From assembly GCA_951406725.2 (NCBI GenBank), contig OX597842.1, positions 4,960,001 to 5,024,000 on the forward strand: a DNA stretch of 64,000 nucleotides, in the 5' to 3' direction. This document shows positions 53,291 through 64,000 of this stretch, piece after piece; within the stretch, counting starts at the first letter, position 1; each line of letters opens with the position of its first letter. The notes beneath the pieces are model-generated. The model saw only the letters and a program-made list of their open reading frames with translations. It did no database searches and was not told where the DNA came from. A program made the translations under genes and the position numbers. This DNA is from Octopus vulgaris. Taxonomy: Eukaryota.

Positions 53291-53654
53291 ATAAATTTAT
53301 AAGTGCAAATGCTGAGAACAATAAAAAGGATCTGGTAGAAAAATCCAGGCTAGGGTTTTGATTCCTGGCAAAGAACAGGCTTTCGAAAACATTTAGTATG
53401 TCCAGAAGATTGACTATACACCTGTAAAGGTATGTTAAAAAGGTTCATTTTCGACCAGATATCGATATCGATCTTCCAGATCTGCACTATTTGGAAGATA
53501 TAGAAAATATTTTTCTTCAAAATGTTGGAGCCATTTCTGTCATGCATGTCACACCAAGTAAACGAGAATTATAGCCACAGACATTATTGTCCTGCAAACT
53601 CATTAAGATCTTTAAAAAATAATTTCAAGGTCAATGTAAATAAGAACACCACAG

Positions 53655-53845
53655 CTAACAACCAGTGTTGGTCTGTTGTTTACATTCTTATAACTTAGTG
53701 GTTCAACAAAAGAGAATGACACGATTAGTACTGAAGCTTTTCAAAAATGCTCTTAAGTAGATTCAGTCAAACACAAATAAACTCCTCAAGGTAGTGCCCC
53801 AGCATGGCTGCAATCCAATGACTGAAGCAGGTAAAAGATAAAAGA
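53655..53845 (+). mobile_element. Degenerate SINE family A 3' half
   Basis: tgccccagcatggctgcaatccaatgactgaagcaggtaaaagataaaag tail. Confidence 0.72.
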
Positions 53846-54429
53846 CTATGCATTGTTCTCATTAATGATTTTGCGCATTCGTACAGGATGGTCATTACTG
53901 GAATGCCTTCTGTCATAGTTCTGTTGGTTGAGGTTTGACCTAAAACTAGCAACATAACAAGAAGCACCACCACCTCCACCACCACCACCACCACCACCAC
54001 ATGTATGTGTATCTTGATTGACCTGGAAACTTAATTTATGGAGGGACAAGATTCCACTTCACTGTTTTAGTCTATCATTGTCATACCATTAAATGTCTAT
54101 TATCCTTACTGTCCTGTCCACTTATCCTATCTACTCTGACCTCTCTCTCTTTCTCTCTCTCATTTCCTGCCTTCGTTCTTTCTGTCTAAGGAACTTTTTC
54201 TATCTACCTACCTACATATCTACCTATCTCTCTACATACATGAAACCCCATTTATCTATCTATCTGTCTGTCTGTCTATCTACCTTCCCATCTATCTGTC
54301 TATTTGACGTTATATTTACCAATCTATCTAAATAACTATCAATCCATCTATCTTATACTAATCCACCTGCCTAGCTTACCAAGCAAGCTCTATACCCTTC
54401 TATCTACCTAACCACCTGTCTCTATCACC

Positions 54430-55250
54430 CCATCTATCTACACTGGTAATATATCTGTAACGGGGCAATGATTGTAATGGTAGATATTTGATTTGGTACA
54501 CAATATTATGATGAAATGTTGGAGTCAGCAGTTGTGACGATAAGAGTTTGTTATTAAAACGGCAAGTGTAAGATGAACAATGCATGAAGTTTTAAAGAAA
54601 TGTTTATTTACCGTTACGTTACAATACCAAGCCTCGACGGGCAGGTTGATAAATCCAAAAGCATGCGAAAGTTAGATGCAGTAGAATATTTGGTTTGGAT
54701 TCCCTTTGTTACTAGTAATTGCTGAGAGAGATAGAATGATGTTGTAAGAACAGAGTTCGAGCTAGTGAGAGTGAGAGAGTGTGGGACATTGTCTGAAGTT
54801 GCTGGTAGGAATTTTAATTTCTCTCTCTGACCATTAAATGCTAGCAGTCCTTTCCTTACTAATTGAGTCATCACGAAATGCCTTGTTCAGTTGCCCACAA
54901 GTTACTGACTGATTTTTGCTTGGGATGTGCTTGCTTATATTAAGATCCAGAAGGATAGATATATCATTGAGAACAATAGATTTAGTTGGTGGTCTTGCTA
55001 TCTAGCTTTTGGATAGTAGAAGAGGTTAGGAAGGGTCAAGTGATGAAGGCATTGTATCGGGCCTAGCTAATGGCATCTGGGAAATGTAAAACTGCTGTCA
55101 GAGAAAAACCATTGTTCCATCGTGGGAAAAGTTCTGTAGCAGTGTTGATTTAAATTTGGCTATGGTGGATTGAATCCACTTCATGCTTGCAGGATTCGCT
55201 ACATATCTATCATATTCTATGCTTCAATATCATTTTGATATCCTGTTATT
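54430..55250 (-). mobile_element. Penelope-like RT C-terminus/linker remnant
   Basis: Minus-strand tggattcaatccacca (frameshifted WFNPP-like motif), later CTCR..CP..G Cys-linker-like sequence; heavily degraded. Confidence 0.6.
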
Positions 55251-56174
55251 TTGTTATCATTTCATTATATATATATATAACAAAACAGGGGGTGGTGTTT
55301 CCACACAGGAAAAAATATAGGAAAATGTGTTGTTGAAAATGCACCTAAGTTTCAAAAACTCGTAAATGTTTAAAATACGTTTTTTTACATATATACCAAA
55401 CTAGTTTCAACAATATTTTTTTTGTTTATCAATGGTAAAAGTTTAAAATTAGAAAAACATCTTCAAATGTTTTAATGTTGACAAATTAACATGTTCAAAA
55501 CAGAAGGTTTGAATGTTCATAGCAGTCAATATTAATTTGTTTGAATGTACAAAGTTAATTAATTTTAATGGTGGTCAAAAAGTCACACTGAAAAAAAAAG
55601 TGTGAAATGAAAATAGTAAAAAAAGGGAATTTGGTTTAGAGTTTCTCTGATCCTCTTCTAATGCAAGATTTTGCTTGTAATGGTATGTTTTGGGATCAGA
55701 TGAATTTATAATTTTTTTCTGCAAGAGGATCTGATTTTTGATTTGTTAAAAATACTGGTGATGTTTCCTTTCCTGGTCAAGCTTGTTGTTCTGCTTGGTT
55801 GGTTTCCTTGTGGTCATAAGTCATTCCGATTGGTTGGTTCTCTTAGAGGGTCATTTCGTTGTATTCGCTGAAGTTCAGTTTTGATTGGTCTGGAGTGACG
55901 TCAACAACTGGTGTTTGTAGAATTTTATTGGATTGGAGGTGGGTGACATCGGCAACTGGTGTTTGTATGGTGATTCGAAGTTGTGTCTTGGAACCTGGGT
56001 AGAAGATTGTTACTAAAGTTTAAAAAAAAAAAATTTTTTGTTGTTCCTGGTTGTTTTTGTGTTGAAATTGAGTCATTTTTCTTTTCTTTTTATTGCTTTT
56101 CTTCTTTCTAAAGGATATTCAGCTTTGGTTTATATTTTTTAATCAGTCTTGTTTCGATGGGGTTCTTCTCTCTT

Positions 56175-56450
56175 TCTCAAAGGCTCTCATTACTTTCAAG
56201 ACAGTACTTCTTGATACACCAAACATTTCGGCTGTTTTCATTATGCTAGTGCCTGCTATATGAGCACAAACAATTTGACCTCTTTGAAAGTCTGATAGAT
56301 CTGTCATTTTAATGAATTTTAATTACCTTTTTCTGATGATATCTGAAAAGAAACAGCAATTTTGTTGAAACATATTAAGCAACACTAATAAAAAAACAAA
56401 AAAAACATAAAAATAAACAAGATTTGGACGGTTTTATAGATGAAAAGTGA
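56175..56450 (-). mobile_element. Tc1 transposon 5' fragment
   Basis: MTDLSDFQRGQIVCAHIAGTSIMKTAEMFGVSRSTVLKVMRAFE from 56307 downward. Confidence 0.85.
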
Positions 56451-56784
56451 AAAGATGAAACATCGTTTTGAATCTGATATTTTTATAAGAAATCATACAA
56501 AACTGAAAAAAATGAATAAACATGAAAACTGAAAAAATTAAACATCTTGTTGAATCTAATAACATTTTTATAACAAATCATAGCATTCCTTTTGAGGAGG
56601 CCAAACATCTACAATGTGTTGAAGTAGGGAATCAAAAGGATCTGACCCTCTTAATCCAATCTCCTGCTGCCACATAAACACAACTTTTTAGTGGGGAGAT
56701 AACCCAGTTTTTTAATGGCAATTTTTTAATGGGGGTGAGATAACCAAAAAGTACCAAAAGACCAAGAGAAAAAGTAGAAAAAAA

Positions 56785-57123
56785 ATAAGTACTGGAACTG
56801 ATTCATTCAATTAAAAATTCTCCAAGGCATTGCCCCAGCATGGCCACAGTCTAATGCTTGAAACAAGTAAAAGATAAACGATAATGTGCTTGTGTGTCTT
56901 TGTGTCCATGTTTGCCCCCCCACCACTACTTGTCAACTGGTGTTGGTGTGTTTATGTTCCAGTAACTTAGCAGTTCAGTAAAAGGACCTGATAGAATAAG
57001 TATCAGGCTTTAAAAAAAAAAGGAAATGAGTACTAGGGGCAATTAATTCAACTAAAAGTTCTTCAAGTTGGTGCTCCAGCATGACCACAGTCTAATGACC
57101 AAAACAAGTAAAAGATAAAAGAG
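56785..57123 (+). mobile_element. Two tandem SINE family A 3' fragments
   Basis: Tail ccagcatg(g/a)ccacagtctaatg..aaacaagtaaaagataaa occurs twice. Confidence 0.8.
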
Positions 57124-57480
57124 CCGATAGAATCCAATAGTGAAGAGATAAGACACACAGGGACAACACAAAAAAAAAACAGTGAATACCCAGGGTACTT
57201 ATGTAGGCCAACATTAACATAGAGATGGGAGGGGAGTAATTGTATTGATAAGAAACATTCACATGCACACATGCACATACACACACAAATGCTTATAAAC
57301 ATGAACAAATACACATGTATTCATACACACACACACACACACTCATATACATACACATGCACACATATTCACACTTGTACACACATACACATAAGCCAAC
57401 ATACACACATACATACACACACATGATTAACAGTCCAAACATATACACAGTGTATAAAGGCAGTGAATGGCTTGATAACA

Positions 57481-57511
<31 letters not shown>

Positions 57512-57940
57512 ACTCGCATGCACACAGAGACAAGATCAAGGTTAAAGCACAGTATTTATTTACTGACTACTGACAGCGAACATGACAGAAGAGAGAGAGA
57601 GCTGATGACTGTTAAATGAGCTGATCTCAGGACTGACACAATATCATTCTCATGGATTTCTACCCTGATTTCCCAAGGCATATAATATACAAGTAATGAC
57701 AATAAGTGATTCATTCAAGTGCATTCTTTTATTTTACTAAGTGCAGGCATTACAATGTGACCAGACTGGAGTGCTGCTGATACATCAAAGGCTTTTTATT
57801 GTTCATTTCAGCCTCTGCTACCTCTACACTTGTACTATGTTGTATATCAATGCATATGTTCTCTTTTTCTTTTCAAATATGGAGTAAATTTTGACTGGCC
57901 AGCTATTTGATAGCAAGGTGGTGAAGGAAAGCATTTGTAC

Positions 57941-58590
57941 ATCGTCATCATCATCATCGTTTAACATCCGTTTTCCATGCAGGCATGGGTTGGACGGTTT
58001 GACTGGGGACTGGCAAACCAGGAGGCTGCACCAGGCTCCAATCTGATCTGGCAATGTTTCTACAGCTGGATGCCCTTCCTAATGCCACCCACTCCGAGAG
58101 TGTAGTGGCTGCTTTTTACATGCCACCGGCACGGGAATCAGTTAGGTGGCACTGGCATTGACCATGCTCAAATGGTGCTTTTTACATGCCACCAGCACAG
58201 AACCACTCAGGTGCCAATCAGGTGGTACTTGTCATCGGCTACGACAGTGACTTCCCTTGCCTCAACAGGTCTTCACAAGAGCAATTTATTGCCCAATGAT
58301 TGAAGAGTACTATTAAGTGGGCTGGTTATGCTGCATTGGTCTCACTTGGTTTGCCAGGTCTTCTCAAGCACAGCATATGTCATCACCACTTGTCATCACC
58401 TCGGTGAGGGCCAATGTTTGAAGGTCATGCTTCACCACCTCCTCCCAAGTCTTCCTGGGTCTACCTCTTCCAAAGGTTCCCTCTACTGCTAGGGTGTGAC
58501 ACAGCTGTCCTCATCCATATGCAACACATGACCATACCAGTGCAGTCATCTCTCTTGTACACCACATCTGATGCTTCTTATGTCCAACTT
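57941..58590 (-). mobile_element. RTE LINE 3' end
   Basis: (CAT)n tail, 3' UTR and the reverse complement of the GRPRKTW region. Confidence 0.88.
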
Positions 58591-58769
58591 TGTTCAACCT
58601 GTAATGATATTACAATTTCTAGCAACTTCTGCCATTTTGTGGACAGATCCATTATTCCTTGCTCAAATAATTTCTTGACCTTATTGGTGAAAAATTCTTC
58701 CAGGTGAATTTTTGCATCCTTTTCAGATCTGAAAGTCTGTCTATTCAATGAATTTTAGAAAAACTCAAG

Positions 58770-59375
58770 CATCTGAAAGTCCAAGATCAAGCTAATATGG
58801 TGGGTAAGGGCTGAGGAAGTGATCGAGGTAGTCGCCGGGTCTCAATGGTCTGCCTTATGAATTTTACAAAAGTATGCCAGACTTGTTTGGGCACCTGCTG
58901 GCCAGCGTCTACGCCAATTGGCAGCAGAAAGGGAGAATTCCCAAGTCTGCGAGCCGGGGGGTGGGGTGTGTGACGTTGATCAGGAAGGACCCGAGCAAGG
59001 GGGCAAGATAGGGAACTTCAGGCCCATAACTCTGCTGAACACAGAGTTAAAGATTTTGGCCAAGGTGCTAGTGAAAAGGTTGGCGCAGGTCCTCTTGTCA
59101 GGGAAGTGCAGGATGATCCACGACAATCTCCACCTTATACACTACTCCTTCGAGAGGGTAGGGAAGCTTTCTGGCGCGGGAGGGGGGCACAGGTACATTT
59201 AGACTAGTCTAAAGCGGTGGTCCTTGAGAAGGCTGGCCTGGGCCTGACCGTCCGCGGTTGGATTGCTGCGTTGTACAGTGACATCGAGTCCATTGTAAAA
59301 GTGAATGGTTTCCTTTCAAAGCCATTCAGGATCAAGCGCTCAGTGCGTCAGGGATGTCCCCTGTCCCTGATTTTG

Positions 59376-59378
<3 letters not shown>
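58770..59378 (+). mobile_element. Tx1/L1-clade RT fragment
   Basis: SPGLNGLPYEFY, NFRPITLLNTELKILAKVL, VKVNGFLSKPFRIKRSVRQGCPLS. Confidence 0.9.
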
Positions 59379-59451
<73 letters not shown>

Positions 59452-59455
<4 letters not shown>

Positions 59456-59665
59456 TGTGTGTGTATGTGTTTGTGTGTCTGTGTTTGTCCCCCCAACATC
59501 ACTTGACAACCGATGCTGGTGTGTTTACATCCCCGTAACTTAGCGGTTCGGCAAAAGAGACCAATAGAATAAGTACTAGGCTTATTGACTGGGGTCAATT
59601 TGCTTGAGTAAAGGCAGTGCTCCAGCATGGCCACAGTCAAATGACTGAAACAAGTAAAAGAGTAA
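59452..59665 (+). mobile_element. SINE family A 3' half
   Basis: Colinear with 13090-13310. Confidence 0.9.
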
Positions 59666-60933
59666 GTCTCAGTAACTGCAAAGACATGTGCACTCTGGCA
59701 CTATTGTGATGAAAGACAATATCCTGATGATTAATAACTGTTGAGCACTTCTGGTAATTCACTGCATTTAATTTGTCCTGCTGGTCTTGGTACATGTCCA
59801 AATTGATCGAAAGAAGCTTGCATAAAATAACATCCTTCCAATCCTACCAAATTAAAAGCAGAACCTTCTTTGAGTGAAATCCTGCCTTGGAAGTTGTTTG
59901 TGGCAGTTCACTGTACTTCACCCATGATCAGGGCCAGTCCTAGGGTCGCTGGCACCCTAGGCAAGCTTGTACACACTGATGTGTGTACAAGCTGATGGTT
60001 GTGGAAATTTCCTTGTCTTTGTCACACCCTCCTTGGTGCCCCCCCTGCCTGAGTTGCCAGTACCTTGCCCATGATCATTTGCACTTCATACTGTTATGTA
60101 GACAATCCAGTTTCTCCTCATCTCCTGTCACCATTCTCTTCAAAGCAAAAGGATAATTTTCTTCATATTTCTGCAACAAATTACAGATGGAAATCCCTTG
60201 GGCAAGGTTAGTCTCATTCAACTCCTGTGGGACCAAAACACTGAACTTGCTGGCTCAACCAAGGTGATGGAGATGATTTTCAACACTCAGTTAAGACAAA
60301 AGAAGAATATCTGTGATCATCTTGGTCATATAATTGGGGGGAAGAGGGGGGTTAGTGTTGACTAACTCGTTCATTTTATTGCTCCAGAAAGAAGTGCATC
60401 TTCAATCCCAAAATTTCTTAATTAAAACCTTGCAAACCACTTCTGGCACACACATTCTGTAACAGCATCCTCTTCATACACAGCAGATATCTTCCTGCAG
60501 ATTTTCACTACTTTCTTGCTTTTCCTAAAATAAAAAAGCATGAGGCTGTTGATAATGTTTGTTTCGGTTCATTTTCAGGGTGATCCCAAGCACACTAAAT
60601 ACAACCTGTCTTGTCACAAGTTTGCTTCTAACTACATTGAAATATCAAGTATCTAACAATTGCATACTGGTTGTCAAGCAGTAGAGGGGTACTCATACAT
60701 AGACACAAAGATACACACACACACATACATGATGGGCTTCTTTCAGTCTACCGAATCCACTCACAAGGATTTGGTCAACCTGAGGCTGTAATAGAAGACA
60801 CTTTCCCAAGACATCAGACAGTGGGACTGAACCATCCCATTCCTATAAAAAGGATAATTTTGTCCAAATTGGTGTGCTAAACTCAAATTGTCATCTCTGC
60901 AAAGCTTGAAAATTTCTGAATGAAACTAATGGC

Positions 60934-61135
60934 ATGCACTGCTCAGGCAGTAAGGTAACATTGCCAGCACCACCAGCTCCTCCTAAACCTTTTATAGATC
61001 CTCTGGGAGGCACTTCCAGCCAGTCAAAGGATTTTCTGAATAATATCAGACAATACAACTCTGCATTTCAAATGACATCATTTGGTGCATCTAAGGAGAT
61101 GGTTGAATGTGGATTTATACCAACGTTAAATGTTC
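60934..61135 (+). mobile_element. Helitron Rep/Hel N-terminal fragment
   Basis: CSGSKVTLP..PP..SKDFLNNIRQYNSAFQMTSFGA, characteristic Helitron motif. Confidence 0.85.
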
Positions 61136-61580
61136 AACATTCAAAGTTCAAGTTAACTGCAGTTCCAAGAGGTGTGAAGAAAGAATTTGCATGTAGTCTG
61201 TTTCTGAGAGCTATTCCATTGGATTAATGTCTATTCATTAAAATGTTGTTTTAATGATTCAGCATTAGGTGCTGCAGCATGCCCTTACCAATCTTGGGAA
61301 AGTCACATCTCACTTCTCTCTTGAGACTCCATTTGATGTGCTGCAGCATGTGTTTGCTGATCTTGAGGAAGTCTCATCTCCTTTCTCTCTTCAGACTCTC
61401 ACCTTTGGTTTTCTACAATTGTCCTTTACTTGTTTCTAGAGAGATTACGTCTTTTCCTTGGTGACATATTTTTTCAATATAGTTAGCCAAAAATTATGAA
61501 CATAGAAGAAATTCTACAGTAATCTCTATTATTGTAAGCAGTTGTATGTGTGTAGCATGTTTTTATTTTTGTATGCAGTA

Positions 61581-61639
61581 CAAATTAACCAAATATAAGC
61601 AAATTAACCAAATATAAGCAAATTAACCAAATAAAAGCA
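61581..61639. repeat. 19-bp tandem repeat x3
   Basis: caaattaaccaaatataag repeated. Confidence 0.9.
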
Positions 61640-62379
61640 CATGTATGAACTGCTAATTTAATGGTAAATACCTTGCAACTTTGTAACTGCTGCAATAATT
61701 ATTAATTGGTAATTGAATGGTAAATGTGTATTTTTATATAACCTTGAACCTGCCACCTCATTTTTTTGTCAAGACTTTCACCTCTAGCTGTTCGTTATGT
61801 CAGTCAACACACACTGACACACCTTTCCACTGTTGTGGCTGTAAAGATGGAAAGTTGCAGATGTGAAATGTTGTTCACATTAGGATATAAATTATTCAAT
61901 TATTTCAAATACAACAGAAATAAGAGGCAAATCCAGCATGTGCCTCTTGCGTATATATTATAATTTTTCAAATCCACCACACAAGCGCAGTTTTTTATCA
62001 ACAGCAAAAAAAAAAATATGCCGGTAATTTCTTTGAACTATTTTCCAGAAATCATTATACATAATTAATAATATCAGAGTAATACATAATTAATAATATC
62101 AGGGTAATAAAGATAAGTAAGAGGCACATGCTGGATTCACCTCGTACTTATATGTTTAATCTTGGCATACCTGTTGATGAAGACTTCACCTGGCAAATTA
62201 TTTTATTTGCTAAAAAAAGTCAAACCATGGTCCAGGAAATAGATGGTAAATGTTTTTATTTTTCATCCTTAATTAGTGGTTTGGACTTTAGCTGTTCCTT
62301 CTTGCGTAAGGGAGTCCTATGATGGATACCTCTTAATGTGTTTAAATGTACATTGTATTATATATATATATTTACAGTG

Positions 62380-62549
62380 TGCTTCTTTCAGTTTCTGTCT
62401 ATGAAATCTCCTCACAAAACTTTGGTCAGTCTGAGGCTATAGTAGAAGACAGTTGCCCGAGATTGCACACAGTGGGACTAAACCCCAAACCATGTGGTTG
62501 GGAAGCAAGCTTCTTATCACACAGCCATGCCTGTGCCTATACATGTGTA

Positions 62550-62604
<55 letters not shown>

Positions 62605-62785
62605 TTGTGTCTGTATTTGTTTTCCTCTTCAATGCTTGACAAGTGGTGTTGGTTTGTTTACATTGCACTAACTTAGCAGTTTGGCTGATGGCATTGATAA
62701 AATGTGTATCAGGTTTAATAGGGTTGATTCATTTGACTAAAAATTCTTCAATGCCCCAGTCCAATGACAGAAACAAGTAAAAAGT
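62380..62785. mobile_element. SINE family A 5' half (minus) and 3' half (plus) flanking a (GT)n tract
   Basis: 62380-62540 is the reverse complement of the head; 62600-62785 matches the tail. Confidence 0.75.
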
Positions 62786-62934
62786 AGAATATGTCTGTCT
62801 GTGAGTCTATCAAGACAGCTGTGAAGATTGTTAGAAGAGAGGTTGCTATTACACTATAATCAAACACTGAAGTACTTGAGCTGACATCTTGACCTTGTTG
62901 TGACCTCTGCTGACCTCAGTTTATCTCAATATTG

Positions 62935-63165
62935 CCATAGTAGCAGCAGTAGACATAGTGTAATTTGGTGGTGGTTTATAGTTTTAGTTGTGATGGTGGT
63001 TGATGTAGTGATGGGGGTAGTGGGGGTGATAGCAGCGGGGGTGGGTGACAGTGGTAGTGGGCATGGTGGTGGTGGTGCTGATGGTAGTGGTTGTGGTGGT
63101 AGTGATGATGGTGTTGCTGGCAGTGGTGCTGTTGATGGTAGTGGAGATGACTGTATTGAAGAAAC
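62935..63165. repeat. Degenerate (GGT/GAT)n low-complexity tract
   Basis: Directly visible. Confidence 0.85.
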
Positions 63166-63490
63166 TGTGTGTGTGTGTTTGTGTTTGTATAAAGATTGTT
63201 GAGGAAAATGGAAGCTTGGCACAGGGTGGAGTGGGGGGGGGGCAGGGGTTAGTACAGTTGGTGTTCCTGTGTGTTTTCCTATGCTAGCATGGGTTAGCTG
63301 AATACATATTGAAGCATTAAAACAGCCTTCTCTGTATTATACTAAATGTAAATACATGGTTGAAAGGCAAATTTACTGCAGTATTCATCCAAAGAAAACA
63401 TCTCTTATATGGATGTGCTGTATTGAAAAATGCAATATATATTGGAAGGAAATGAAAATCCTCCCAGCAACAGCAGCAGCTGCTGAAAAT

Positions 63491-63690
63491 ATCATCATCA
63501 TCATCATCGTCATTTTTATGCCTATTTTCCATGTTGGCATGGGTTGGATGGCTTTGACATGAACACTGGCAAGTCAGAAGACTGCATCAAGCTCCAAGTA
63601 TCATCTTTGGCATGATCCCTACAGTTTGATGTCCTTCCTAGCACCAACCACTTTACAGAATGTACTGGGTGCTTTTTATGTGACATCAGC
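63491..63690 (-). mobile_element. Degenerate RTE 3' UTR
   Basis: (CAT)n..ttttccatgttggcatgggttggatgg..gggtgctttttatgtg. Confidence 0.72.
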
Positions 63691-64000
63691 TCCGATAAAG
63701 TCACTGGGTAACTTGCAGGACAAACCCCATCAAAGGAAGGGGAGTGGTATTGAGGAACAGAACAGATGGAGAGAAGAGAGAGAGAAGGAGGAGAGGAAAT
63801 GGTGAAGATGTAACAGGGTGGGGACAGGGGCCTGGAGAAGGTGAGTGGATGGGTGGATGAGTTCACAAGAAAGGAACATAGGAGCTAGAAGTGTGTGTGT
63901 GTGTGGAGGGGGGCGGTGATGTAATGAGTGGGCACTGGTAGAGGGAGGGGATATTAGGAGGATTATGTTGTGGGGAAGGGATCTAATAGGGACATGATTC

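Larger units (their letters stand above)
58595..60660 (-). mobile_element. Old mariner remnant interrupted by a Tx1/L1 fragment, a SINE and a small insert
   Basis: 58600-58760 minus reads EFF..FEQGIMDLSTKWQKLLE (mariner C-terminus); further mariner-like pieces at 59670-59925 and 60070-60660. Confidence 0.55.

Noticed and set aside
50240-53600. LTR pair around the Gypsy pol remnant
   Set aside because: No matching direct repeats with TG..CA ends could be seen
62900-63287. Gly/Val- and Pro/Thr-rich ORFs (similar ones at 23047-23293 and 4471-5013)
   Set aside because: Low-complexity trinucleotide or CT-rich tracts open in several frames

Overview
Repeat-dominated animal genomic DNA, probably an octopus-type cephalopod (inferred from the SINE families and the huge TA/TATACA microsatellites). 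There is one 100-N gap. Almost all ORFs in the supplied track are microsatellite artefacts. One host gene can be assembled by hand on the minus strand from three phase-compatible GT-AG exons (23282-23538, 20673-20890, 17810-17942). It encodes a signal peptide plus a CUB-like domain and continues beyond what I can trace. The rest is transposon material: CR1-like LINEs (one with a Myb/SANT-like plus CCCH ORF1), RTE, Tx1/L1, Gypsy, Penelope, mariner/Tc1, Helitron, MITEs and several tRNA-derived SINE families. The most striking unannotated signal is a set of about a dozen hammerhead-ribozyme motifs, two with intact cores. They sit in small non-coding elements that repeatedly show a Penelope-like inverted-arm architecture, and one of them is a tRNA-headed SINE with a hammerhead tail and a 13-bp target-site duplication. 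All calls are by eye; no database search or folding program was run.
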